Shown here: piece by piece, positions 1 through 8,233 of the stretch
How the letters are laid out: each line of letters starts with the position of its first letter
Position numbering within the stretch: position 1 is the first letter of the stretch
DNA from: a virus
Taxonomy: Duplodnaviria; Caudoviricetes
Direction: 5' to 3' (one strand)
Virus record (IMG/VR): IMGVR_UViG_3300009152_000050
Location: 1 to 62,942 of that record
DNA: 62,942 nt
Notes under the pieces: generated by a model
What the model saw: the letters and a program-made list of their open reading frames with translations, nothing else
Told to the model about the DNA's origin: nothing
Database searches by the model: none
Position numbers and translations under genes: made by a program

Positions 1-123
1 GTAATTGGCCGTTAATTGGCCTCCACTCATCCTTATTAGTTACCACTCATCAATCTCTTTACACTTAAATATGGTTATTTAATAAAATAAATTTGGATAA
101 TTAAATAGGGTGTTGTATCTTTG
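1..123 (+). repeat. Left inverted terminal repeat (123 bp)
   Basis: 1-123 is the exact reverse complement of 62820-62942; the match breaks at 124/62819. Confidence 0.97.
92..123 (+). promoter_or_regulatory. Bacteroidota primary-sigma promoter inside the left ITR, firing inward
   Basis: TTTG (92-95), 20-nt spacer, TATCTTTG (116-123); matches the -33/-7 consensus. Confidence 0.8.
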
Positions 124-357
124 CTTTATCAATTTATCATTTAAAATATTTAATTATGAAATTCTTATTTGCACTAATAGAAAAAACCGAAGTAAATAAT
201 TTTAATAGCTGCTATGAAACAAGGGAAATGACCCCAACAGAAGCACAGCACATTAATGAAGATATGACACGATTAGTTTGGGTAATGTATCCAGAAAATT
301 AAGCAAAATTAATAATATTAAATTAATCAATCTTTAATCATATTAAAAATTAAAACT

Positions 358-543
358 ATGGACAAAAATACATTGTTATCAATTCCTTTAAGACAGGAAG
401 ATATAAATTTAATAACCTTTGCACTAAGGAGGGTGAAAGGTGAAATATTAAAATATGAGGCTGATAATCTCATGGCATATATTAATTTTGTAAATCTTGA
501 TCTAATTGCAGAAATGAAAGAACAGGACAAAATTACCGTTTAA
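358..543 (+). CDS. Small early hypothetical protein
   Basis: ATG ORF with A-rich upstream sequence, co-oriented with the early block. Confidence 0.6.
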   Translation: MDKNTLLSIPLRQEDINLITFALRRVKGEILKYEADNLMAYINFVNLDLIAEMKEQDKITV

Positions 544-629
544 ACCTCTTTTCTTACCGTTCATCACTTTAAACTATTGGCCTATTGATTAAAATTATAC
601 TTTTACTTTTTATTAAATAACCGTTTAAA

Positions 630-1103
630 ATGTCAGGCGCAGACTATAACAGGCGCACAAAAAAAATGACTACTACAATAGAAAAACTTACAAAGTTTGT
701 GAATCAACGTCCGGGTCTTGATTTTTGTAATTACGGGGATGTTTCTGCATATCGTAGAGAGAGCGCAGAAATTACAAGAGATAGGGCAGATTTTTTTGAA
801 CTACTTTCTTTTGCTTTCCGTAGGATTGAAAATTTAGAAAATGTATTAAATGACTATTTACAAAAAAATTCAGGACGCTTATCTTTAGATGATAAAGGGA
901 ATATAGATTATTGTACTGGGCAATATTTTTGCACAGAATACCGTCCGGCAGCTAACAGGGTGTTATCTAACCTTATATGGGCATCGTATAGGGATGAGAT
1001 AGAATATAATAGCCCTAATAATGTATATGCAGACGGAAACGCAATACGCAAAGCAATAAAGCGCAATGTATCACGTAGAATAGCAAAAAATTATTTTAAT
1101 TAA
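630..1103 (+). CDS. Early hypothetical protein (start may be the later ATG, MTTTIEK)
   Basis: 157-aa ORF with normal composition. Confidence 0.75.
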   Translation: MSGADYNRRTKKMTTTIEKLTKFVNQRPGLDFCNYGDVSAYRRESAEITRDRADFFELLSFAFRRIENLENVLNDYLQKNSGRLSLDDKGNIDYCTGQYFCTEYRPAANRVLSNLIWASYRDEIEYNSPNNVYADGNAIRKAIKRNVSRRIAKNYFN

Positions 1104-1367
1104 TCTATAAATAAACGTTTATGAATCAGTCCGAAAAAATAGATATTTCTATATTAGTTGTTGGCTTTTTTCTTATCATTATTTTGTTAGCAATTAATTA
1201 ATCAGCAACATACAACATATTAAATAAAACAATAATAACCATTTAAATTAAACATCATGAAAAAATTATTAAATGCTTTCCGTTCATTCTTTACCTTACA
1301 GGGCTTTAATGCCTATAATTTGTAAAGGGAATTAGCTGCAAAGGTATAGCCAGACAATCGAATTGTA

Positions 1368-1793
1368 TTGCAGCTACTAAAATTATTTATTAATCATTTA
1401 TTAAACACTTTAGCAATGTTACAAATTACAAAAAACATCATTAATTATGAAGATCAAAATTATTCTCATGCAGTAAACTATTCAGGTAGTTTATATAATT
1501 ACCCTATGACTTTAAATTATGGGGATAAGCACAAGAGAACAAAATATATATTATCATCCTGCACACAAGATATTGTTGAATTATGGCAGGACGGTATTTA
1601 TATATATGTTTTAGGGCAAAATAATGGACTTTCTTATATCTCATTAATGGAGATTGATACTGAAAAAAAAGAAGTAGTTGGAGAGGTATTTTTAAATGAA
1701 CAGGACTGCACAAGTGAGGATAATTTTAGTTATGGAATATTAGAGATGATGAGCGAAGATCAAATTAAAATACTTTGCCAATATATTTATTAA
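1368..1793 (+). CDS. Early hypothetical protein (true start probably at MLQITK)
   Basis: ORF in the early block. Confidence 0.65.
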   Translation: MQLLKLFINHLLNTLAMLQITKNIINYEDQNYSHAVNYSGSLYNYPMTLNYGDKHKRTKYILSSCTQDIVELWQDGIYIYVLGQNNGLSYISLMEIDTEKKEVVGEVFLNEQDCTSEDNFSYGILEMMSEDQIKILCQYIY

Positions 1794-1878
1794 AAATAGC
1801 TAAAGTAAAGGGAAAGTATAGTTATATTAGTACCTTTCTTTTTTAAAATTATTAACTAACATATAAATATATATAAAA

Positions 1879-2067
1879 ATGAAATACTACTTAGTAACTT
1901 TAAAATTTGATTACGGCAAAATTAGGATATTAACAACGGCCGAAAATGAACAGGCAGCAAAGGAAAAAGTATGTGCGGCCGAAAAATGCCCTCTTACTGC
2001 TGTTATTAATATTCACCAACATTCAGGAGCAGGGTATATGATAGAAAAAATCATAAACGTTTATTAA
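1879..2067 (+). CDS. Small early hypothetical protein
   Basis: ATG ORF, tightly packed. Confidence 0.65.
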   Translation: MKYYLVTLKFDYGKIRILTTAENEQAAKEKVCAAEKCPLTAVINIHQHSGAGYMIEKIINVY

Positions 2068-2088
2068 TTACCATTAAACTATACTACA

Positions 2089-2310
2089 ATGAGATACCAA
2101 ATAAAAAGAGAATGTTGGAATGAAAAAACATACAATGGGTATGAAGATGCTCCTTATTGGAGGATTGAAATTAAAGGGTTAAGTTTTGGACTAAATGATA
2201 ATGGTAAATTATGGGCTATTGGTAACTATTATCAAATAAAAGACTATATTGAAGATGTAGAGAATATTATAAAAGAATGTAAATTACCTATAAAAATATT
2301 AACCAACTAA
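2089..2310 (+). CDS. Small early hypothetical protein
   Basis: ATG ORF preceded by AAACTATACTAC. Confidence 0.65.
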   Translation: MRYQIKRECWNEKTYNGYEDAPYWRIEIKGLSFGLNDNGKLWAIGNYYQIKDYIEDVENIIKECKLPIKILTN

Positions 2311-2322
2311 AACTATACTATA

Positions 2323-2622
2323 ATGACAAAGAAACAATTTACAGCCTATGAAATAAGTAAGGCAAAGGATAATAAAATGAAAATGTTGATTAAAGAAGCA
2401 TTAAACAGATATGATGCAGACGAATTATTGGGATTTTTGACAGAAATTACTACCGGCAATAGTGAAGAATATTTAAAGGATAAAATGGTAAGTGAATTAA
2501 CATTGGCAGGATATTGTATATTTAAGCCAGAAATGACTACACAAGCTGATAAGCTAAAGGAATATGCAGAAACATATATCTTTCCTTATTATAATGAACA
2601 ACAATCAGCAATTCTATTTTAA
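2323..2622 (+). CDS. Early hypothetical protein
   Basis: ATG ORF preceded by AAACTATACTAT. Confidence 0.7.
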   Translation: MTKKQFTAYEISKAKDNKMKMLIKEALNRYDADELLGFLTEITTGNSEEYLKDKMVSELTLAGYCIFKPEMTTQADKLKEYAETYIFPYYNEQQSAILF

Positions 2623-2644
2623 TAACATATTAAATATTAAAGCC

Positions 2645-2800
2645 ATGAGTACACTAACTCAAATTAAGGCATTACAGGCGAAATTAGACAGTCTACCAAA
2701 AAAGCAGTACTATACCTGCAAAGCTAAAATAAATGCCCTAATAAGGCAGGAACAACGCAAAGCGAAGCAGTATAGCTACTATGAATGGCTGGGAAGGTAA
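2645..2800 (+). CDS. Small basic early protein (MSTLTQ...)
   Basis: 3' part of ORF 2564-2800; ATG at 2645 follows the repeated AACATATTAAATA motif. Confidence 0.55.
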   Translation: MSTLTQIKALQAKLDSLPKKQYYTCKAKINALIRQEQRKAKQYSYYEWLGR

Positions 2801-2927
2801 ACATATTAGATAATTAAATAATAAACCAATGGAAAAGAAAAAAGAAAACCTATTCATAATACTACTTATCATTGTATGTGTAGTGTTAATGATGATCTAA
2901 ATTAATTAATCTTAAAAACTAAATAAC

Positions 2928-3116
2928 ATGAAAAAAGAATTAAAACAAGCAATCGTTAATTGCATATTTGAAAATGAAAAACAATTTCAACTTATTAACT
3001 ATGTAAAGACCCCCTTTCGGGGATACATATATACCAGTCAAGGTAATTACCTTATTGGGGGTGAGGAAGTAGGAGAATTTATTGATAATGCGATAAAACT
3101 ATTAATTAACCGATAA
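2928..3116 (+). CDS. Small early hypothetical protein
   Basis: ATG ORF. Confidence 0.65.
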   Translation: MKKELKQAIVNCIFENEKQFQLINYVKTPFRGYIYTSQGNYLIGGEEVGEFIDNAIKLLINR

Positions 3117-3127
3117 AACTAAACAAA

Positions 3128-3457
3128 ATGACAAAGTACATATTACAAGACACAGAAGCAGGTAACGTTATCAATGAATTTATTTATTTAACCGATGCAG
3201 AAAATTCATTAAAGGAATTTGAAGAAACGGATAAATTAAATGGTGAATATACTCCTGATTTTTACGAAATAAAGGAAGTAAGAGAACCGGCCACATTGTT
3301 AACTGAAAACCAAAAAATATCATTGCAGCAATTTATATTCGCTAACCTTCTTATGGCTGATGAGATAGGACTGGGAGAAGTAAATGAATGTAGAGATACA
3401 GCACAATTCATAGTTGAAGAATGGGCAAATGATAATAACATCACATTTATTGATTAA
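3128..3457 (+). CDS. Acidic early hypothetical protein
   Basis: 109 aa, strongly D/E-rich. Confidence 0.7.
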   Translation: MTKYILQDTEAGNVINEFIYLTDAENSLKEFEETDKLNGEYTPDFYEIKEVREPATLLTENQKISLQQFIFANLLMADEIGLGEVNECRDTAQFIVEEWANDNNITFID

Positions 3458-3476
3458 CATTTTAAAAATTAAAAAA

Positions 3477-3704
3477 ATGAAAGAGCAATTTGAAATACTA
3501 AAAGGTTGGGAAAATTACATTGATGACTTTTTTGCTATTACAGTCTATGATTCCTATTTGACAATGCTTGGGAATTATTCAACCGAAAAATATCATAAAT
3601 ATTTGTCATTAGGGTTCGTATTTAAAGCAGAGATTAATGAGCCGTATGTTATGCTTAATGCGACAAAAGATTCTATAAGAATAACTCTTAAAATAGATTT
3701 ATAA
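3477..3704 (+). CDS. Small early hypothetical protein
   Basis: Internal ATG (MKEQF) of ORF 3414-3704. Confidence 0.6.
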   Translation: MKEQFEILKGWENYIDDFFAITVYDSYLTMLGNYSTEKYHKYLSLGFVFKAEINEPYVMLNATKDSIRITLKIDL

Positions 3705-3866
3705 TCACTAAAAATCTAATCTCATGCTAACAATAATAATCTTATTCAATGGTACAGGGAAGTATAAAGATATGGTAAAGATGCTATGTATAGCTTTACT
3801 TTTTGATTTATGCTATATTTTACCTCTGCTTTAAGCGATTAATAACATATTAAATAATTAAATAAC

Positions 3867-4055
3867 ATGAAAGAAACGAATTATATTATCTCCCCTATCA
3901 GCACTTATGATGATGATTTAGAGATGTTTTCAACTAAGATAGGACAGAAGGGGAAAGATATGCCACTACTGTATAGTACATGGGGGAAAACAGAACAGGA
4001 AAGCAGGATAAGGGCTGAATTACTAATTGATAACCTTTTAAATTTTAAACTATGA
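3867..4055 (+). CDS. Small early hypothetical protein
   Basis: ATG ORF; ATGA overlap with the next gene. Confidence 0.65.
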   Translation: MKETNYIISPISTYDDDLEMFSTKIGQKGKDMPLLYSTWGKTEQESRIRAELLIDNLLNFKL

Positions 4056-4249
4056 TTTGCAAAGAATATGATGAATTAACGCCAATAGAAAAAACTATCT
4101 TCATAGGTGAATTAGTCCATGCAGCTATGAATGATAGCGACCTATTTAGAATTTGCCAAAAGGTAGTAGATACTGCCATTGTAAAGGGGTTGTTTAATGG
4201 AGTGCAAATGATTCCTGACCCTATTGATAACCAAATAATACCAGAATAA
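4052..4249 (+). CDS. Small hypothetical protein
   Basis: Translationally coupled on both sides. Confidence 0.65.
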   Translation: MICKEYDELTPIEKTIFIGELVHAAMNDSDLFRICQKVVDTAIVKGLFNGVQMIPDPIDNQIIPE

Positions 4250-4539
4250 TGAAAAACTCAACGTTTGGTTTGCTGTTAATATTATTTTTCCTTATCTTGT
4301 ATCAAAATTACAACATGATATTACTTTCAATATTAGGCAGCCTAATTGGTATAGCCTCTATATATGCTCTTATTTCAGTTCTTAATATTAAGCGAAGTGA
4401 TGCAAAAAAGAAAAAGCAATTAGCAGAACAGAACCGGCTATTCTTTCAAAGACTAAGGGATAACGAAAGGTACAATGAGTTGTCCGATCTAAAAGATTGG
4501 GATTTAAACCAATATGATGATACATTTTCAAGTAATTAA
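4249..4539 (+). CDS. Small membrane protein
   Basis: Hydrophobic N-terminal segments. Confidence 0.6.
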   Translation: MKNSTFGLLLILFFLILYQNYNMILLSILGSLIGIASIYALISVLNIKRSDAKKKKQLAEQNRLFFQRLRDNERYNELSDLKDWDLNQYDDTFSSN

Positions 4540-4556
4540 CCATTAAAAAATAAAAC

Positions 4557-4832
4557 ATGACAGACATTTTAGAAACACTTGCAAAAACGTTTGAGCCATT
4601 ACCTACAATGGAGTTAGCTGCTATATGGTTAGAAAAGCCAGTAGTAACTAATGAAGGTAAGACAGTAAGACTTACAAAAGGCCATCAAGTATTAGTAGTA
4701 GATAATGAATTAACTGATATGATAGATGACCCTTCCCATCAAGTACTAAAAGTATTCGGTAAAAGTAATAGCGATTTCAGTATTTTGTTAGTGGATTTGA
4801 TTACATTTGATTTATTAACCATAAACCTTTAA
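4557..4832 (+). CDS. Hypothetical protein
   Basis: ATG ORF. Confidence 0.65.
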   Translation: MTDILETLAKTFEPLPTMELAAIWLEKPVVTNEGKTVRLTKGHQVLVVDNELTDMIDDPSHQVLKVFGKSNSDFSILLVDLITFDLLTINL

Positions 4833-4835
4833 AAA

Positions 4836-5096
4836 ATGGAGATTACACACACAAACGTAGGAAGTCCTAAATTAGCAGTAGGATATAAAGCAAATGTAAG
4901 AAGCAATACTGCACCAGAAATTGCGGAAACATTCACAGATGATAATGGAGAAGTACAGTACATACTATGTAATGGTAATACACAACCTAAAATAGTATAT
5001 GATGCTCTATGGAATCCAATAAAAGGTAAAGTAAACCTAAACAAACTATATAAAGGAGAAAACCCTGATAGAACTAAGCTATGGTATAAGGGATAA
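4836..5096 (+). CDS. Hypothetical protein; its TAA stop forms the first TAAC core of the cassette array
   Basis: ...AAG GGA TAA C at 5094-5097. Confidence 0.7.
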   Translation: MEITHTNVGSPKLAVGYKANVRSNTAPEIAETFTDDNGEVQYILCNGNTQPKIVYDALWNPIKGKVNLNKLYKGENPDRTKLWYKG

Positions 5097-5122
5097 CGTT
5101 TTGCGTATATACGAGGTACGCC
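5094..5122 (+). repeat. Truncated attC-like site A (left arm only)
   Basis: TAACGTTTTGCGTATA resembles the site D left arm (TAACGGTTTGCGTATA); no right arm found. Confidence 0.55.
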
Positions 5123-5148
5123 TTAACGAAATTATAAATTATAAACAA

Positions 5149-5349
5149 ATGGGAGATTACAGTTTCGATTTAAGACCACTAATTTGGTTAGGTGCATTTA
5201 TCATCCTTGCAATTTGGGGATGTTGGGAGTTGATTGATTGGTTATGGATAGACGATGCCATTCGTAGCACCAAACCAATTATACCCGAAATAGAATTGAT
5301 TATAAAAAATAATGTTGTAGATACTGTCTATGTGTATCGTCAGCCTTAA
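5149..5349 (+). CDS. Cassette 1: small membrane protein
   Basis: ATG at 5149, one TM segment; followed by TGCTTATAAC. Confidence 0.6.
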   Translation: MGDYSFDLRPLIWLGAFIILAIWGCWELIDWLWIDDAIRSTKPIIPEIELIIKNNVVDTVYVYRQP

Positions 5350-5356
5350 TTGCTTA

Positions 5357-5434
5357 TAACGTTTTCGGGCTTAGCGAAGTGGCTTTTGTGCGTTGGCTTG
5401 TGTGTCGGAAAGCCATTTTGCCAAACCCGTGTTA
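5357..5434 (+). repeat. attC-like hairpin B
   Basis: TAAC-gtttt-CGGGCTTAGCGAAGTGGCTTT ... AAAGCCATTTTGCCAAACCCG-t-GTTA. Confidence 0.85.
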
Positions 5435-5505
5435 TATGAAGTGCCGACTTATTTACGATAAAGCTCAATTGGAATACTAAACAGAAAAACAAAAAGAAAA
5501 AAAAC

Positions 5506-5688
5506 GTGGGAAATTTAAAAGTAAAAATAATTGATACCAATGGATTAAGTGAAGAAACTATATCCAAGATTGAAGATACTATGATTTATTTAGGTATGGA
5601 GCAAGTAGATGAATGTATGTTCTGCAAAATAAAGAATAGTAAAAACGAAGTATTAATGATATTCCCAGAAAGAATAATAAAACTATAA
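5506..5688 (+). CDS. Cassette 2 ORF a, hypothetical
   Basis: GTG-start ORF closely coupled to the next ORF. Confidence 0.5.
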   Translation: MGNLKVKIIDTNGLSEETISKIEDTMIYLGMEQVDECMFCKIKNSKNEVLMIFPERIIKL

Positions 5689-5690
5689 AT

Positions 5691-5954
5691 ATGGAAAACA
5701 CATTAAGTTTATTTGATGATTTAGAAAACGAATGGCAAAAAGAATGGAAGGATATGCCAGAGTTTATAACAAATAACAAAAAACCTTATCAGCAAATTAT
5801 TGTGTCATTTAAAAATTTTGATGATGTAAAAGAATTTGCAAAGAGATTAGGTTTAAATGTTACACCTAAAACAGATGCTTTATGGTTTCCAATGAAGGAT
5901 AAAGAAAGTGGATTACATTATGTAAATGATAATTGGAGTAAAGATGAAAAATAA
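5691..5954 (+). CDS. Cassette 2 ORF b, small partner of the TAGT-like glycosyltransferase
   Basis: W..MPEF...F...DD...F......T.KT..LWFP pattern recalled from proteins next to phage base-modifying GTs. Confidence 0.55.
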   Translation: MENTLSLFDDLENEWQKEWKDMPEFITNNKKPYQQIIVSFKNFDDVKEFAKRLGLNVTPKTDALWFPMKDKESGLHYVNDNWSKDEK

Positions 5955-6789
5955 ATACCCAATATTTATACCGACAAAAGGAAGGTTTAAAACACCACAG
6001 ACTATCAATATGTTTAAATCACATAATGTTGATTTTAGAATTGTTATAGAAAAACAAGAGTATGAGCAGTATTCTAAAATTATAGACAAATCAAAAATAA
6101 TAGTTGTTCCTCACCAAAACGAAGGATTGACTGTTACAAGGAATTGGATATGGGATTTTGCAGAAAATGAAGGACACGAAAAATTCTGGACATTTGACGA
6201 TAATATTGGTAGGGTTTACAGATGGAACAATAACACAAGATACCAATGTAAGGATGGAACATATTTAAAAGTAATTGAAGATTTTGCAGATAGATATAAT
6301 AACCTACACATAATTGGTATGAACTATATGTGTTTTTGTAAAAGTGGTGATAACATACCTCCATACTACCCTAATACAAGGATTTATAGTAATATGCTTT
6401 TACCGACAAATGTAAAACTATCTAATGGTGAAAAACTAAGAAACAAGTTGTTTTATAACGATGATACAGACCTTTGTTTAAGAGTTTTAAAGGATGGACT
6501 ACCTACTATACAAATCAATGCTTTTTTAATAGACAAGAGCCAAACAATGACAGTAAAAGGAGGGATGACAGATTACTATTTAAGTGATGAATGTAAAGGC
6601 AGATTAACATTTGCTGAAGAATTACAAAAGGCACATCCAGACGTAACGACTATAACTCAAAAGTTTGGGAGGTGGCATCACCACGTTAATTATAAACCTT
6701 TTAGAAAAAATAAGTTAATCCCAAAAGAAGGACTTATAATAAAAAAACAAGTCAATGAATATGGAATGGAACTTAAAAAAACTATTTAA
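5944..6789 (+). CDS. Cassette 2 ORF c: TET-associated/GREB1-like glycosyltransferase (putative DNA base modification)
   Basis: YPIFIPTKGR, TRNWIWD, FDDNI, YNDDTDL.LRVLKDG, KGGMT and GRWHHHVNY motifs. Confidence 0.75.
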   Translation: MKNKYPIFIPTKGRFKTPQTINMFKSHNVDFRIVIEKQEYEQYSKIIDKSKIIVVPHQNEGLTVTRNWIWDFAENEGHEKFWTFDDNIGRVYRWNNNTRYQCKDGTYLKVIEDFADRYNNLHIIGMNYMCFCKSGDNIPPYYPNTRIYSNMLLPTNVKLSNGEKLRNKLFYNDDTDLCLRVLKDGLPTIQINAFLIDKSQTMTVKGGMTDYYLSDECKGRLTFAEELQKAHPDVTTITQKFGRWHHHVNYKPFRKNKLIPKEGLIIKKQVNEYGMELKKTI

Positions 6790-6864
6790 AAGTGCGTTGG
6801 CTTTTTTCTTTTTGTTTTTCCTTCACGGATTTTCAATTGGAAACGGTCAGCAAGGCATTTCATA

Positions 6865-6990
6865 TAACGTTTTCGGGCTTGGCGAAGGCGGGGAGTTTAA
6901 CCACAAAAGTTTAATAGAATGACAGAAGATAATATAACCACAAATGTTCAATTGGAAAACGGAAGCCCCGCTTTTGCCAAACCCGTGTTA
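6865..6990 (+). repeat. attC-like hairpin C (loop contains the MTase start codon)
   Basis: TAAC-gtttt-CGGGCTTGGCGAAGGCGGGG ... CCCCGCTTTTGCCAAACCCG-t-GTTA; arms nearly identical to site B. Confidence 0.88.
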
Positions 6991-7629
6991 TGTGCTGGTG
7001 CGGTTTCAAAAGACGGAATTTCGTTAATAAACGGAGATTGTTTGCAAGCCTTACGAGGCTATGGCGATAATCATTTTAAGATAGCAATAGTTGACCCACC
7101 TTATGGAATTAATGCAGGTAAAATGACAATGGGAAGCGGTAAGCACAAATTTAGCAAAGACAAAGATTGGGATAGTGCAATACCAAGCGAAGAGTATTTT
7201 ACCGAATTATTTAGGGTGTCTGAAAATCAAATTGTGTGGGGTGGCAATTACTTTACTGAATTTTTACCGCCTACACCACATTGGCTTTTATGGGATAAGA
7301 AAAACCCAAATTTGAGCTTTGCTGAAGGTGAGTTGGCTTGGGTGCGAAAAGGTAAAAACCTGCGGATATTTCAACACTATTCAGCACAAGTTGAAGAAGG
7401 CGGCAAAATACACCCGACACAAAAGCCTGTAAAATTATACAGGTGGATATTAAACAACTACACAAGCGAAGGGGATTTGATTTTAGACACCCATTTGGGA
7501 AGCGGGTCAATCGCCATAGCCTGCCATCAAATGAAACGAAATTTAATAGCCTATGAGATTGATGAAGAATACTACCGAAAGGCTTGCAAACGATTTGAAG
7601 AACAAACTCGTCAAACTGCACTATGGTAG
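6919..7629 (+). CDS. Cassette 3: DNA methyltransferase, N6A/N4C beta class
   Basis: DPPY, HPTQKP, and D.HLGSGS motif I. Confidence 0.92.
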   Translation: MTEDNITTNVQLENGSPAFAKPVLCAGAVSKDGISLINGDCLQALRGYGDNHFKIAIVDPPYGINAGKMTMGSGKHKFSKDKDWDSAIPSEEYFTELFRVSENQIVWGGNYFTEFLPPTPHWLLWDKKNPNLSFAEGELAWVRKGKNLRIFQHYSAQVEEGGKIHPTQKPVKLYRWILNNYTSEGDLILDTHLGSGSIAIACHQMKRNLIAYEIDEEYYRKACKRFEEQTRQTALW

Positions 7630-7639
7630 CACTTGCACA

Positions 7640-7688
7640 TAACGGTTTGCGTATAAAAAATCGTTTTAATGTTTTTTATACGCTGTTA
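7640..7688 (+). repeat. attC-like hairpin D (short)
   Basis: TAAC-ggttt-GCGTATAAAAAA ... TTTTTTATACGC-t-GTTA. Confidence 0.85.
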
Positions 7689-7717
7689 GGTGTCTGGTTT
7701 TATTTAAAATTTGAGCG

Positions 7718-8233
7718 ATGGAAAAAATTATATTCTTAGATATTGACGGCGTTTTAGCAACTCCAAAATATTTGAAAGATGGACAATGGGCTTTAAACCC
7801 AGAAAAACAAAAACTGTTAGGTGAAATACTTACCCAAACAGATGCTAAAATTGTTTTATCTTCTTCATGGAGGTATGCGACTTTAGAAAAAACAAAAGAA
7901 CACATGGAAGCGGAAGGATTTTTGTTTAACGATAAATTGATTGGTGTTACAATTAGAGCATACCAATGGCTTGAACGTGGAACAGGGATACACTTATCAA
8001 TTCCAAGAGGTGTAGAGATAAAACAATGGGTTGATACTCATATTCATTCTGATAATGGTAAAAATTGGGAACGAAAGAAATTAGGCAAGGATTTTACCTA
8101 TGTGATATTAGATGATGAAAGTGATATGCTTTTGGAACACAGAAATAATTTTGTGCATACTAAAAGTGAAATAGGATTGACAGATGATGATGTTAGGAGT
8201 GCGGTGGCAATTTTAAATAAAACTTGCACCTAA
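7718..8233 (+). CDS. Cassette 4: HAD-family phosphatase (Swiss Army Knife RNA-repair-type HAD)
   Basis: FLDIDGV, LSSSWR, RG.EI..W and YVILDD motifs; stop TAA lies within the TAAC core. Confidence 0.85.
   Translation: MEKIIFLDIDGVLATPKYLKDGQWALNPEKQKLLGEILTQTDAKIVLSSSWRYATLEKTKEHMEAEGFLFNDKLIGVTIRAYQWLERGTGIHLSIPRGVEIKQWVDTHIHSDNGKNWERKKLGKDFTYVILDDESDMLLEHRNNFVHTKSEIGLTDDDVRSAVAILNKTCT

Noticed and set aside
5357-6990. CRISPR array
   Set aside because: Repeats are separated by whole genes; no regular spacers and no cas genes
5357-7688. Hairpins as simple terminators or REP elements
   Set aside because: No U-tracts, one is translated through, and flanks co-vary per cassette around a fixed TAAC/GTTA core
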